From Elusimicrobiota bacterium (GTDB taxonomy: Bacteria; Elusimicrobiota; Elusimicrobia; UBA1565): DNA of 64,000 bases. The translations under genes were made by a program, and so were the position numbers. Shown piece after piece: positions 26,649 to 36,129 of the stretch. Below the pieces are notes generated by a model. That model was not told the DNA's origin. It did not search any database and saw only the letters and a list, made by a program, of their open reading frames with translations. The stretch covers positions 28,779 through 92,778 of the forward strand of contig JACRDO010000132.1 in the NCBI GenBank assembly GCA_016212885.1, in the 5' to 3' direction. Each line of letters starts with the position of its first letter. The stretch's first letter is position 1.

Positions 26649-28004
26649 TCAGCCGAGCATCTCCACGAGGCGCCCGCTGAGGTAATGCGGCAGCGTCACC
26701 AGGGGAACCTTGCGCGGCGTCCCGGCGTTGGCGATTCTCGCCTCATGAGCGGCGTCGCGTCGCGGCGGCTCCTTGCTCATTTTGACGAGGCACCCCACTT
26801 CTCTCTCGAAGACGGCGCAGCTGTCGAGGGAGCGCGCGTCCCCCCGCGTGGATTTCACGTCGATCGCCGCGAACAGGGGCGACCTGAGGATGAATTCGAC
26901 CTGCGCCCCGCGGCTGGATTTCCAGTAAAAGAGATCGTCGCGCGTCGGCAGGGTCGCGATGATCTCGTTTCCGACCGCGGTCTCGTACTGGACGGCCAGA
27001 TGCGCGTCGGTGATCCTGCCGCGGAGGATGTCGGAGCCGTTGAGGAGATAGTTCAAGACGCCGGCGTCGAAGATGATGTATTTCGAGAGGTCGATTCCGG
27101 ACTCGTAGAGCCGGATCTTGTGCGCGACGCGCGCGCCGACCGTCTTGTTGACCAGCCGCTTCGCCTCTCCCCGGCTCGCGTGCCGCACCTGGAGCCGTGA
27201 GAACTTGAGGGTATCCATGGAGAGAAGCGCGAGCCTCCTGAGCACGTCCTCGTATTCGTAGAGCGCCGTCTTCTCGCCTAGGACGGACTTGACGTTCTCC
27301 TCGATCGAGCCGGCGAGGTCCGCAACGAGCTGCGGCAGGGTCTCTTTCCCGGGCGCGTCAATGAAGGCGTCGAGTATGCGCGGCATTCCGCCCAGCCTGA
27401 GGTAGAGGCCGAAGAGATCGTTTAGTTCCTGGTGGCGCATCTGCGAGCAGGTCCTATCCTCCAGCGAAATCCCATCGAGATAGGCCAGTTCCGGCTGCTT
27501 GCCGTAGGCGCGGAGGAACTCCCGGAAGGTGACTGGGTAGAGGTCGAGGTGCCGCTTTCGGCCTGTGGCGGCGTTCTTGACCGCGATGTTCTCCAGGTTC
27601 GAGCCGGTGTAGACGGCTTTGAGCCTGTCGGAGAGCCCCGCCATGGTCTGGATCGTCTCAAGCGAGACCGGATGCCTGTCCGCTTCGTCAATGAAGATGA
27701 TCGCGGGCGCGCTCAACCGCTCGATGGGGCCGAGGGTGAGGGAGATGTTGCGCAGGAGTTGAGAGGCATCCTCCGCGGCGCCGAAGAAATCGCGGCCGAA
27801 GTAGTCGACACCATCGATAATGCCGCGACGCTGCAAGGACAGGTTGATCCTGATCTGCGGGTGGCTTGCGAGGTCCTTGAGCGCATTGAGGACAAAAGAC
27901 GTCTTGCCGACCTGCCTTGCCCCCCTGACCACGAGGACCTGCGATTTCAGGCGCTTGACTGATTGAAGGAAGTCCTTCTTTTTGTTCGCTCGCTCGATCC
28001 ACAT
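26649..28004 (-). CDS. AAA-family ATPase with C-terminal DUF4143-type domain (451 aa).
   Basis: Walker A VVRGARQVGKTSF. Walker B-like IIFIDEADR. The overall layout resembles the AAA_14/DUF4143 'ATPase' family. Confidence 0.75.
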   Translation of the reverse strand: MWIERANKKKDFLQSVKRLKSQVLVVRGARQVGKTSFVLNALKDLASHPQIRINLSLQRRGIIDGVDYFGRDFFGAAEDASQLLRNISLTLGPIERLSAPAIIFIDEADRHPVSLETIQTMAGLSDRLKAVYTGSNLENIAVKNAATGRKRHLDLYPVTFREFLRAYGKQPELAYLDGISLEDRTCSQMRHQELNDLFGLYLRLGGMPRILDAFIDAPGKETLPQLVADLAGSIEENVKSVLGEKTALYEYEDVLRRLALLSMDTLKFSRLQVRHASRGEAKRLVNKTVGARVAHKIRLYESGIDLSKYIIFDAGVLNYLLNGSDILRGRITDAHLAVQYETAVGNEIIATLPTRDDLFYWKSSRGAQVEFILRSPLFAAIDVKSTRGDARSLDSCAVFEREVGCLVKMSKEPPRRDAAHEARIANAGTPRKVPLVTLPHYLSGRLVEMLG

Positions 28005-28179
28005 GCCGCAATTATACCATTATATGCGTCAGTTTGGGGGCATTATCGTCAAAAGTGACGTAACTATTGACATCATTGACTCGGGCCTGAATTCCCAATT
28101 CCGCGTAGGCCCAGAGGCCGAGCGCCGAAGGCCGAGCGGCCCCTGCCCGGCCCTGAAACTGCCGCCATAATATCAGGCG

Positions 28180-29028
28180 ATGACTCGTTCTCCGCCTTGG
28201 GCGCTCGCGCTGGCGTTGTTGCCGCTTTTTATGTCCGGGGCTCGTGCGCAGACCTTGGACCAGCTCCGGCGCATGGCGCCGGACTCCGGCGCTTTGACCG
28301 CCCCGGTCATCTCCGCGGAGGGGCCGGCGCTGGACAGCGTCCCTCCCAAGGCCTACCGTCCCCCTGTGCGGCCGCTCGGACAAGCCCAGCCGCCCGGGGT
28401 CCCGGACGCGACGGTGGCGCTCGCTGATGTCCGCAATCGGCACTGGAAGACGACGGACGGCTTCGGCGCGGGAGATGACCGGATCCATCTCAGCGCGCAT
28501 TTCGACCTGGAAGGGAACGCCTACCTGTCCGTGATGGCCGCCTCCTGGGAGCTGCCGTACTTCTACCTCTTCAAGCGCGGCATGAGCGGCTGCTGGGAGA
28601 GCCGCGGCGCGCGCTATCACATGCGCCTGGACGTGAGCATCTGGCGCGCGCGCACGAGCAACATCGTCGAGATCTACCGGGAAGGGGAGAATCATCCAAC
28701 GTATGCCGCCAGGATCATCGACATCCTCGCCAAGGCCTACGAGACCGGCAGGGAGATCCGGCTCGGGAAGAGGGCCTACCGGCTGTTCTATTCCTGCAGC
28801 GTGGACGGCTCCAAGACCCCGGCCGAGGCCGACACCCGGCGCATGGGCATCGCCCTAGTGGAGGATGTCGGCAAGCGGGGCGAGCACGATTTCAATCCCT
28901 ACATCTTCCCGGCCGCGGACATCGGGAAGGCGAAGCTCTCCCGCTATCAGCTCGCCAACGGGCAGACGGTCGGCTTGAAGCTCTCGCAGGACGGGGCGTC
29001 CCTTCTGATCTACGGCTTGAGCGATTAA
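28180..29028 (+). CDS. Secreted hypothetical protein (282 aa).
   Basis: Signal peptide MTRSPPWALALALLPLFMSGARAQ. No recognizable domain. Confidence 0.5.
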   Translation: MTRSPPWALALALLPLFMSGARAQTLDQLRRMAPDSGALTAPVISAEGPALDSVPPKAYRPPVRPLGQAQPPGVPDATVALADVRNRHWKTTDGFGAGDDRIHLSAHFDLEGNAYLSVMAASWELPYFYLFKRGMSGCWESRGARYHMRLDVSIWRARTSNIVEIYREGENHPTYAARIIDILAKAYETGREIRLGKRAYRLFYSCSVDGSKTPAEADTRRMGIALVEDVGKRGEHDFNPYIFPAADIGKAKLSRYQLANGQTVGLKLSQDGASLLIYGLSD

Positions 29029-30467
29029 CGATGGGCTCCCGTGCCCTTGATCTCGGGCGCCGTCTTGCGGTGCTCGGCGAACAGCATCGAGAGCTTCTGC
29101 ACGGCGGCCATGATCTTCTCGGGCTTGCTCCCGTCCCGGAAGGGGAGGACCCGGCCGCCCTCTTTGAGCACCCGGCCGCGCGCGACCACGGCATCGATCT
29201 CGCTGCCGTCCGCGGCCCAGATGATGTTCTCCATCAGGTTGTCCAAGCGCGTGGGCACCAGGTTGGGCCGTTCGAGCCCGAGCAGGATCCAATCGGCCCG
29301 GCGTCCCGGCTTGAGCTCGCCCTGATCCTGGCGCAGGATGCGGGCCGGCACGCTCGTGATCATCTCGAGCAGCTGCTGGGATCTTAGCACGGTCGCGTCC
29401 TGGCGCCTCGCCTTCTGGTACTGGGCGGCCAGCCGCGCCGCGGCGATGATGTTCTGGTTGTCGGCCGAGCCGGAGCCATCGGTGGAGATGGCCACCGGCA
29501 CCCCCGCCTCCAGCATCTCGATGACGGGAGGCATCCCTGAGCCCAGGATGGCGTTGGCCAGGGGGTTGTGGACCACCTTGGCGCCGGTCCTGGCCAGGAT
29601 ATCGACGTCGCGCGGCCCGCAGTTGACCTGGTGGGCGATCACGGTGTCCTGGTCGAGAACGCCGAGCGATTCCATGAACTCGACCTCGCTTAAGCCCGGC
29701 TCGATCTCCCGGGTGAACCAGCGCGTGGTCGTGGGCTCCTCCGCGCTGTGGATGTGGAAGAGCGTGCCGTGCTCGCGCGCCCATTTCTTAAGCGGGGCCA
29801 GCATCTTCCCGCTGTTGGAGAAGACCTGGTCCGGCCCCGGGCAGAAGCTGGTCCGCTTGAGCCCCTTGATCGAAAGGGCGTCGTCTAAACGCTTGAGCGC
29901 GTCCTTGGGCCGGTCCAGCACCTCTTTGACGTAGTGTCGGTCCTGAGCGCCGACCGCTACGATCATGGTGGTTCCGGCGGATTCGTTGGCTTGCGCGATC
30001 TCTTCGAGGTGGTACTTGTTGAAGTTGCAGTGGTGGACCATGCAGGCCGTGATGCCGTAGTGGATGTCGCAGAGCCGGGCCATCCGGTAGGTGATGAGTT
30101 GGGGGGAGTCGCCCAACTCCCGGCGGAGCCGGTCGTGCTCCTTGTTGATGAACCCGGTGAAGGGGTTGACCGCGTGGTCGAGCCAGGCGGTCAGGGGCTC
30201 GTCCTTGGCGATGCCGATGAGCGGCTGTTCGTGGTCGTGGCCGTGCGCCTTGACGAAGGCCGGCAGCAGGATGGCGTTGGGATAAGTCATGATCCGCAGG
30301 GAGGAGCCGTGCTTCTTCCTGGCCCGCTTCTCCGCTTCGGGAGAGTAGCGGCCGACCTCTTTTATCGTCTCGCCCTCGGAAAGGACGCAGCCGTCCTCGA
30401 TGCGCACCCCGCGGTCCGGCTCGGCCAGCGGCAGAAGGTATTTGGCGCGGCAGAAGATGGCGTTCAT
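29025..30467 (-). CDS. Amidohydrolase-superfamily metal-dependent deaminase/chlorohydrolase (MtaD/SsnA-like), 480 aa.
   Basis: Metal-ligand motifs HGHDH (N-terminal His pair), HIHSAEE, ISTDGSGSADN (the Asp of the TIM-barrel amidohydrolase fold). Confidence 0.8.
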   Translation of the reverse strand: MNAIFCRAKYLLPLAEPDRGVRIEDGCVLSEGETIKEVGRYSPEAEKRARKKHGSSLRIMTYPNAILLPAFVKAHGHDHEQPLIGIAKDEPLTAWLDHAVNPFTGFINKEHDRLRRELGDSPQLITYRMARLCDIHYGITACMVHHCNFNKYHLEEIAQANESAGTTMIVAVGAQDRHYVKEVLDRPKDALKRLDDALSIKGLKRTSFCPGPDQVFSNSGKMLAPLKKWAREHGTLFHIHSAEEPTTTRWFTREIEPGLSEVEFMESLGVLDQDTVIAHQVNCGPRDVDILARTGAKVVHNPLANAILGSGMPPVIEMLEAGVPVAISTDGSGSADNQNIIAAARLAAQYQKARRQDATVLRSQQLLEMITSVPARILRQDQGELKPGRRADWILLGLERPNLVPTRLDNLMENIIWAADGSEIDAVVARGRVLKEGGRVLPFRDGSKPEKIMAAVQKLSMLFAEHRKTAPEIKGTGAHR

Positions 30468-30526
30468 GGCGATATGATGGAAAATACTCTCGGCAGGGGC
30501 AAGCTGCGGCGGAGGTCCGGAAGCGT

Positions 30527-33160
30527 TCAGCGAGAGGCGGGCGCGGCGCTTCCAACGTACACGTGCATGATGGGCGACTTTGCGATCCTCCCAGCAGCGT
30601 CCTCAGCCTCGATGTAATAGTCGACCAGGACGTCGGAGCCGGGGCTCACGCGGGCGTGGGCCATGGGGGGAAGCTCCTTGATGCGGTCGCTCTGCGGAAG
30701 GTTGCCCCATTCCGCCTGCGCGATGGGGTCTTTGAGCTCCATCTTGGCCGAGTCCCAGCTCCCGTCGTAGCGCAGATTTTCGTCCAAAGGAGAGGTCCGG
30801 CCGTCCGTGGAAGCGCGCCACTTAAGTTCCACGCGCTTCAAGCCCGCCGCGGAGTAGACGAAGCCGTACGCGTCGAACTCTGGGCCGTAGGTGTGCGAGC
30901 GCCACCCGTAGACCTCGCCGCGGTTCTCGCCGCCCGGGTTCCACGGGAAGCGGGTCGGGCCCCAGATCGTCGGCGGGGCCTTGGGAGCCTGCTCTCCTAG
31001 GATGGCCTTCGCGGCTTCAAAAGCGGCTTTCGCCGCGAGCAGGGGGATCTGCACGAAGTCCTGCTCGGGCGAGTAGTAGACGTGGCCGGAATCGAATGCG
31101 CGAAGGACCGTTTGAATGGCCTTCTCCAGCGGGCCGGCGCTCGGGTCCGTATCGGCCTTCAGGACCTTGGCCATGTCCAGCTCCCAGCCCGGGGTCTTCG
31201 CCTTGAGAGCCGCTTCGCCTTGTAGGAGCCAATGCACCGCCATGGTGAGGAGCGCGTGGAACTGCAGCTTGAAGTTCCAGGCCGACGGGTCGAAAGCGGG
31301 CTTCGGGACCCCGACGGTCTTCATTGGGGGCCAGAGCCAGCGGCTGAGCTGGGGCGTGCCCCAGTCCGCGTTGGGCCAGGCGCCGGGCTCGACCCAGTCC
31401 AGGACGTCGTCCTGCGGCACCGGATAGCGGGTCAGGTACTCCTGGATGGTGCCGAAGTGGTGGCCGTTGGAGTCCATCCAATGCGCCAGCCTGGGCATGG
31501 CCTCCATGTAGCTGCTGTAGCCGCCGCCCCAGGCATTGTCCCCGTCCGTGTCGAGCCCCAGCACCAGGGGGCGCCCCTGCGCGGCGTACTTCGCGATGTC
31601 CTGAACGATCTCGTTCGGGAAATCCTGGTAGCCCGCGACGTAGGAGGGGCCGCCCGTCATGGGGAAGACGATGATCCGGTACTCCTTGCCGTCAGCCGGG
31701 TCCGTGTAGCGCAGCCAGTGGGGCAGGAGGGAATAGGGAAGGACGTCCTTGGTGTTGCGGCCGTCCTTGCCGGAGGTGTAGTAGTCCATCTGCTGAGGGG
31801 ACGCGTTCCTCTGGTCCGCCTTGTTGGGCGGGGGAAGGTTGGGCATGCCGCTTGCGTCATAGCCTTTGATGGCCCGGCTGATGTGGTGGCTGTCCACGAT
31901 CACGACTTGGACCCCGGCCTTGACCAAGGAGGGGACCATCTCGGGGCTGAAGCCGACCTCCGGGGGCCGGAAGATCTTCAGCTGGCCGGGCGCAGGCTCG
32001 CCCCAGAACTCCTTGTTCAGGAGCTCGTGGTACTTGACGTTCCAGCGGATCAAGGCATCGGCCGAAGCGCCCCAGGGAAGGAGTCCATAAAGGAAGTGGA
32101 AGCCGGTGAGCAGCATCTCCATGCGCGGGGCGCCGCTCTTGGTGCGCCAGTTGATGGCTTCCCGCCAGCGCGCGATCCAGCCGGTGCCCCAGAGCTTGCG
32201 CGCGATCTCCATCAAGGCCGGCGTAAACGAGATCGAGAGGCCCGCGGGGTTCTCCGCGGTCCAGCCCGTGCGGTTGAGGATCTCGCGCAAGGCTCCTACC
32301 GGGTGCTCGCCGTTGGCGGCCTTGATCTTGTCGTCGCTCGCCATGTCGCCGACGATATGGTCCCAGCTGCGGTAGGGATAGTGCAGATGGAGGATGCGGA
32401 CCCCGTAGGCTGAGCCGAACTGCGCGACGGCTTCGGCGACCCTGCTGTAGAGCGCCGCGACCTGCCGGCCGATGCTTTGGACCGCCGCGAAGGCCGTGCC
32501 GAGCAGGGAGGCGGCCGGGCGGGGGCTCAAAGGCTTCCCAGCGATCGGCGCGTTCCGGCGGAGCCGCCCTATATTATGGAAGGAAGGGGACAAGAAGCTC
32601 GGGGTCGCGCCTTCCGGCATGTCCGCTTCGACGGCTGGGATTGAGCCGCCGGCCTGGGGCTTCTCCGCGCCGAGGACAGCATCCATCACGGATTCGCCCG
32701 CTGTCCGGGCTTCTCCAGCTTCCATCTTCGAGACCCGCTCCCCTGCTGGGATATCCACCCCGTTGACCGCCAGCTTGCCGTCCTGACGGCTGACTTCTAG
32801 ACCCGCCGCGGCCAAGGGCTCGAGCTTGCCGGCTGGGAGCGCCGGCGCATGCGTGATGGCCGCTGCTTCGGCATGCGGGGCTTCGATCAGCGGCGAAACG
32901 AGCGGCGCGGCGGGACTTGCGCTCCGCGCGCTTGGGAGAGTCAGAGCCGGGAGGCTGGGGGAGCCCTTCGGGGCGATGTCCGCCGCATTGAGGCCTAGAT
33001 CGAGACCCGCCCCCGGGGACTGAGAGATCTTGACCGCGGCTGGGAGCGCGCCCGGCGAAGCGGCCCCTGCGGCGTTGAAGCCTACGGTTTGAGCCAAGGC
33101 TGAGCCGGGAGCGGCCCACGCCAGAGCCAGGGCCAGGATGGATGCCAATGATTTCCGCAT
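30527..33160 (-). CDS. Secreted glycoside hydrolase family 57-like protein, with a ~270-aa Ala/Pro/Ser-rich low-complexity region after the signal peptide.
   Basis: Signal peptide MRKSLASILALALAWAAPGSALA (internal Met chosen as start; the ORF track extends to 33283). GH57-like regions GQLKIF (compare GQLEIV), FSPEMVP (compare WxPEMA, nucleophile Glu), GLDTDGDNAWGG (compare HDDGEKFG, acid/base Asp). Confidence 0.5.
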   Translation of the reverse strand: MRKSLASILALALAWAAPGSALAQTVGFNAAGAASPGALPAAVKISQSPGAGLDLGLNAADIAPKGSPSLPALTLPSARSASPAAPLVSPLIEAPHAEAAAITHAPALPAGKLEPLAAAGLEVSRQDGKLAVNGVDIPAGERVSKMEAGEARTAGESVMDAVLGAEKPQAGGSIPAVEADMPEGATPSFLSPSFHNIGRLRRNAPIAGKPLSPRPAASLLGTAFAAVQSIGRQVAALYSRVAEAVAQFGSAYGVRILHLHYPYRSWDHIVGDMASDDKIKAANGEHPVGALREILNRTGWTAENPAGLSISFTPALMEIARKLWGTGWIARWREAINWRTKSGAPRMEMLLTGFHFLYGLLPWGASADALIRWNVKYHELLNKEFWGEPAPGQLKIFRPPEVGFSPEMVPSLVKAGVQVVIVDSHHISRAIKGYDASGMPNLPPPNKADQRNASPQQMDYYTSGKDGRNTKDVLPYSLLPHWLRYTDPADGKEYRIIVFPMTGGPSYVAGYQDFPNEIVQDIAKYAAQGRPLVLGLDTDGDNAWGGGYSSYMEAMPRLAHWMDSNGHHFGTIQEYLTRYPVPQDDVLDWVEPGAWPNADWGTPQLSRWLWPPMKTVGVPKPAFDPSAWNFKLQFHALLTMAVHWLLQGEAALKAKTPGWELDMAKVLKADTDPSAGPLEKAIQTVLRAFDSGHVYYSPEQDFVQIPLLAAKAAFEAAKAILGEQAPKAPPTIWGPTRFPWNPGGENRGEVYGWRSHTYGPEFDAYGFVYSAAGLKRVELKWRASTDGRTSPLDENLRYDGSWDSAKMELKDPIAQAEWGNLPQSDRIKELPPMAHARVSPGSDVLVDYYIEAEDAAGRIAKSPIMHVYVGSAAPASR

Positions 33161-33347
33161 CTGCGATGATAGGATAGCGCGGGCGGGGTTCGGGCGCCTG
33201 GGCCGTTCATCCGAATATCGGGGTTCTATTGGGCTAGATTCCGGTAGGACCAAAGACTTCGGCGTTTTGCCGTTTAGACCCAAGGTGTTTTCGCCCGCCG
33301 CGTGTACAATGGATTCTTGAAGGGGCCGACACCCGGAGGTGCGGGCA

Positions 33348-34217
33348 ATGCTGAGAACGATCCTCGCCGCGATGCTGGCCGCCGTGTGCGCGAAGGCGCA
33401 AGCTCAGGTCGTCGTTAGCGACGCGCAGTTCGCATCCGAGCTGGGCAAGGTCTTCGCCCAAAGCGTCTCCGCGGGCCGCTCCTTCGAGCAGGCCGCGCCG
33501 GTCCGGCTCCTCGACCGGGTGATGATCGCCATGTACGACGCGCCCGGCACGGGCGAGATGATCGTGCAGTGGCTCAGGGACAACAGGGCCGTCGTGGAGT
33601 TCAGCGACCTCGTCATGGAGGGCCGCAGCGCCCACGCCTGGCTCGGCGACTTCGTGCCGGAGCCCAGGAAGCCGGCGGTCTACATCACCCCGCTCCTGCT
33701 CAAGCCGCCCGTGTCCTACCGCCTGCTCGGCGCGCTCATCGCCAAGGAAGGCTCCGAGCTCATGCTCAAGGACTTCCCGGAATCGGCCGAGAAGCGCTAC
33801 ATCACGGCCAGCCGCATGGCCGAGACCTATTTCGAGCTGGGCGGCACGCGCATCGCCCTGCCGGACTTCGACGGGACCATCGATGAGGACGCCGCGGACA
33901 CGATCCGCATCTGGATCGAGAACGCCCCGGACTCAGGCGTGCAGGTCCTAAAAGAGCGCGGCTTCAAGACCCTCAAGGAAGCGCAGGCCGACCTGCTCTC
34001 GGAGGAGGCCCGCCTGGCGAACCTCCATCAGGCCATCGAGCAGATGATCTCCGTTCACGGGCCGGATGAGGAGTCGCTGCGCGCGGAGCTGGCTTGCGTG
34101 GAGAAGGAGTCGGCGCGGACCGCCCGCAAGCTGGACGCGGCCAAGAAGGCCGAGGACGAGTTCAAGCGGTTCAAGGAATACGAGACGGACTGGCTGATGT
34201 CGCACAGACCTTCCTAG
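33348..34217 (+). CDS. Secreted hypothetical protein (about 290 aa).
   Basis: GGAGG RBS 10 nt upstream of ATG 33348 (the ORF track uses GTG 33339). Signal peptide MLRTILAAMLAAVCAKAQAQ. C-terminal coiled-coil. Confidence 0.5.
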   Translation: MLRTILAAMLAAVCAKAQAQVVVSDAQFASELGKVFAQSVSAGRSFEQAAPVRLLDRVMIAMYDAPGTGEMIVQWLRDNRAVVEFSDLVMEGRSAHAWLGDFVPEPRKPAVYITPLLLKPPVSYRLLGALIAKEGSELMLKDFPESAEKRYITASRMAETYFELGGTRIALPDFDGTIDEDAADTIRIWIENAPDSGVQVLKERGFKTLKEAQADLLSEEARLANLHQAIEQMISVHGPDEESLRAELACVEKESARTARKLDAAKKAEDEFKRFKEYETDWLMSHRPS

Positions 34218-34222
34218 GAGTT

Positions 34223-34864
34223 CTACCGCTCCAAGAAGCCCGGCACCTCCCGGATGTCGTCTAGGACCGGGACACCGCTCCTCACCAGCCGGTGCTTGGC
34301 CTGATAGCCGCGCGCGATGAGCGCGCAGCCCACTCCCATGGCCCGCGCGGTCTCCAAGTCATGCACGGTATCGCCGATCAGGATGATCTTCTCCGGCTCT
34401 ATGCCGCAGGAGCGGATCCAGCTCGCGCCCAGCTCCACCTTGCTGCCGGCGTGGTAGTCCCCCAAGCCGAGGACCGGGTCGAAATAGTCCCGGATATTGA
34501 AATGGACCAGCGCTTTTTCGAGCATCTCGTGCTTGTAAGCCGATAGGATGCCCTGCTGAATTCCCTTGCCGCGGAGCGTCTCCAGAACGTCCGCGGCGCC
34601 CTCGTGGAGGCGGCCTTCGGCCCAGATGCGCTCATGGTAGAGCCCCGCCCATTCGTTCGCGGGGACGTCGAAAGGCTCCACGCTGAAGTCGAAGCCGATC
34701 TTCCGGTAGAACTCGATGACGGGGAAGTCGAAGTTCTCGAGGTAGTACTCCAGGGGGACCTCGGGCATGGAGCGGCGCCGGCGCATCGCGTTGAGGCACT
34801 CGAGGCAGAGCCGGGCGTCGTCGAGGAGCGTGCCGTTGAAGTCCCAGATGACGCGCCGGATCAC
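34223..34864 (-). CDS. HAD-superfamily hydrolase (phosphoglycolate phosphatase-like), about 213 aa.
   Basis: Motif I VIWDFNGTLLDD. Motif IV IGDTVHDLETARAMGV. GTG start overlapping the stop of the upstream GGDEF gene (GTGA). The Arg/Pro-rich upstream part of the 462-aa ORF is treated as non-coding. Confidence 0.75.
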   Translation of the reverse strand: MIRRVIWDFNGTLLDDARLCLECLNAMRRRRSMPEVPLEYYLENFDFPVIEFYRKIGFDFSVEPFDVPANEWAGLYHERIWAEGRLHEGAADVLETLRGKGIQQGILSAYKHEMLEKALVHFNIRDYFDPVLGLGDYHAGSKVELGASWIRSCGIEPEKIILIGDTVHDLETARAMGVGCALIARGYQAKHRLVRSGVPVLDDIREVPGFLER

Positions 34865-35826
34865 TTGTCGCCGCGGCGGTCGATGACGAAGCGGGAGCCC
34901 GGCCCGTCCTGCTGCTTGGCGAACTCCTTGAGCTCGGCGCAGATCTGGCTGACCTGACCGTAGGAGACCAGGCGCCTCTGGCGGTTGTGGCAGACGCCGA
35001 TCGCGATGGAGAGCAGGGGATGCTCGATGAGCCGGCCTTGGCGGTCGTTGGCCAGGATACCCCCGCGGGCGCGGTCTTCCTCCGGGTAGAAGGAAGGGGA
35101 GAGCCGGTCGAAGCCCTCGACCACGCGGCGGCAGAGGGCCTCCATGCTGTCCGGGTGGGTCACGATGATGAAGTCGTCGCCGCCGATGTGGCCGAGGAAG
35201 TCCGTCCCCGTCCCCGCTTCCCGGACCACCTCCACCAGCAGCTTGGCGGTCGCCCGAATGACGCGGTCCCCGGCGTCGTAGCCGTAGTGGTCGTTGTACG
35301 CCTTGAAGTCGTTGAGGTCGAGATAGAGCACGGCGAAGGGCCGAGCGGAGGCGACCGCTTCGGCGATGCGGTTTTCGATCATCACGTTGCCCGGCAGGCG
35401 GGTCAGGGGGTTCGCGTCGAGCCCCTGGCGCGTGCGGCGCAGGATCATGCGGATGCGGGCCAGCAGCTCGCCCAGGTTGAAGGGCTTGGTGAGGAAGTCG
35501 TCTGCGCCGCTTTCGAGGCCCTCGATGCGGTTCTCGACTTCCCGGCCAGCTGCCGAAAGGATGATGATGGGCAGGTGCTGGAACCCGGGGTCCGCCTTCA
35601 GCTCCCGGCACACGCTGAAGCCGTCCTTGAGCGGCATCCAGAGGTCCACGACGGCGATGTCGGGCACCTCGGCCCGGATGGCCGCCAAGGCCTGCTCGCC
35701 GTCCATGGCAATGCGCACCTCATAGCCTTCCTGCTCCAAGGCGCCTTTCATCAGCGCCAGCAGGTCCGGCTCATCATCGGCGACCAAGAGCCGCGCTTTC
35801 TTGACAGGAGAAGATTCGGGGCCCAC
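34861..35826 (-). CDS. Response-regulator receiver + GGDEF (diguanylate cyclase-like) protein with a noncanonical GGDDF active-site motif. PleD/WspR-like.
   Basis: Receiver ARLLVADDEPDLLALMKGALEQEGYEV...VDLWMPLKDGFSVCRELK. GGDEF domain FAVLYLDLNDFKAYNDHYGYDAGDRVIRATAKLL...GHIGGDDFIIV. Start placed at the in-frame GTG (VGPESSPVKKARLL). The ORF-track start at 36216 would run antisense through atpZ. Confidence 0.8.
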   Translation of the reverse strand: MGPESSPVKKARLLVADDEPDLLALMKGALEQEGYEVRIAMDGEQALAAIRAEVPDIAVVDLWMPLKDGFSVCRELKADPGFQHLPIIILSAAGREVENRIEGLESGADDFLTKPFNLGELLARIRMILRRTRQGLDANPLTRLPGNVMIENRIAEAVASARPFAVLYLDLNDFKAYNDHYGYDAGDRVIRATAKLLVEVVREAGTGTDFLGHIGGDDFIIVTHPDSMEALCRRVVEGFDRLSPSFYPEEDRARGGILANDRQGRLIEHPLLSIAIGVCHNRQRRLVSYGQVSQICAELKEFAKQQDGPGSRFVIDRRGDK

Positions 35827-35853
35827 GCGGGAAGGGTAGCATATTTGCTTAAA

Positions 35854-35883
35854 TTGACAGGCTTTTTCGGTTATTTGTAGAAT
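35854..35883 (+). promoter_or_regulatory. Sigma70-like promoter for the atp operon: TTGACA, 18-nt spacer, TAGAAT.
   Basis: aaaTTGACAggctttttcggttatttgTAGAATtg, read directly. Lies in the AT-richer gap between the divergent GGDEF gene and atpZ, about 20 nt upstream of the atpZ ATG. Confidence 0.5.
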
Positions 35884-35904
35884 TGTTTCGCTTTGTTTTT
35901 TGCC

Positions 35905-36129
35905 ATGAACGATGCCCGACAGCCGCCCCGCCGCAGCGCATGGACCGCTTTTGGGGCCGGAACCGAACTGGTCGTTTTCGCCCTGGCGGGTTTTTTCGCG
36001 GGCCGCTGGGCGGACAGCCGGTTCGGAACGCAGCCCTGGCTGCTTTTGGCGGGCACGCTTCTGGGCATCTGCCTTGGACTCTATCAGTTCATCCGAGAGA
36101 CGGTTATCGCTAAGGACCGCGCTCCGTAG
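35905..36129 (+). CDS. AtpZ/AtpI-like small membrane protein preceding the ATP synthase genes (about 74 aa).
   Basis: MNDARQPPRRSAWTAFGAGTELVVFALAGFFAGRWADSRFGTQPWLLLAGTLLGICLGLYQFIRE fits the AtpZ pattern (W..G.EL......G...D..FGT.PW..L....LG...G.Y..IR). The TTG at 35893 is an alternative start. Confidence 0.5.
   Translation: MNDARQPPRRSAWTAFGAGTELVVFALAGFFAGRWADSRFGTQPWLLLAGTLLGICLGLYQFIRETVIAKDRAP

Noticed and set aside
28005-28179. Direct repeat AGGCCGAGCG x2 and TTGACA-like hexamers in the divergent intergenic region as regulatory sites or a mobile-element end
   Set aside because: Short, imperfect, and there are no flanking inverted repeats or transposase. Probably ordinary promoter-region sequence.
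34865-35611. N-terminal 249 codons of the 462-aa ORF 34223..35611 (minus strand)
   Set aside because: Arg/Pro-rich translation with no HAD motifs. It lies antisense within the receiver-GGDEF gene. The HAD motif I (DFNGTL) begins right after the GTG at 34864, which overlaps the GGDEF stop.
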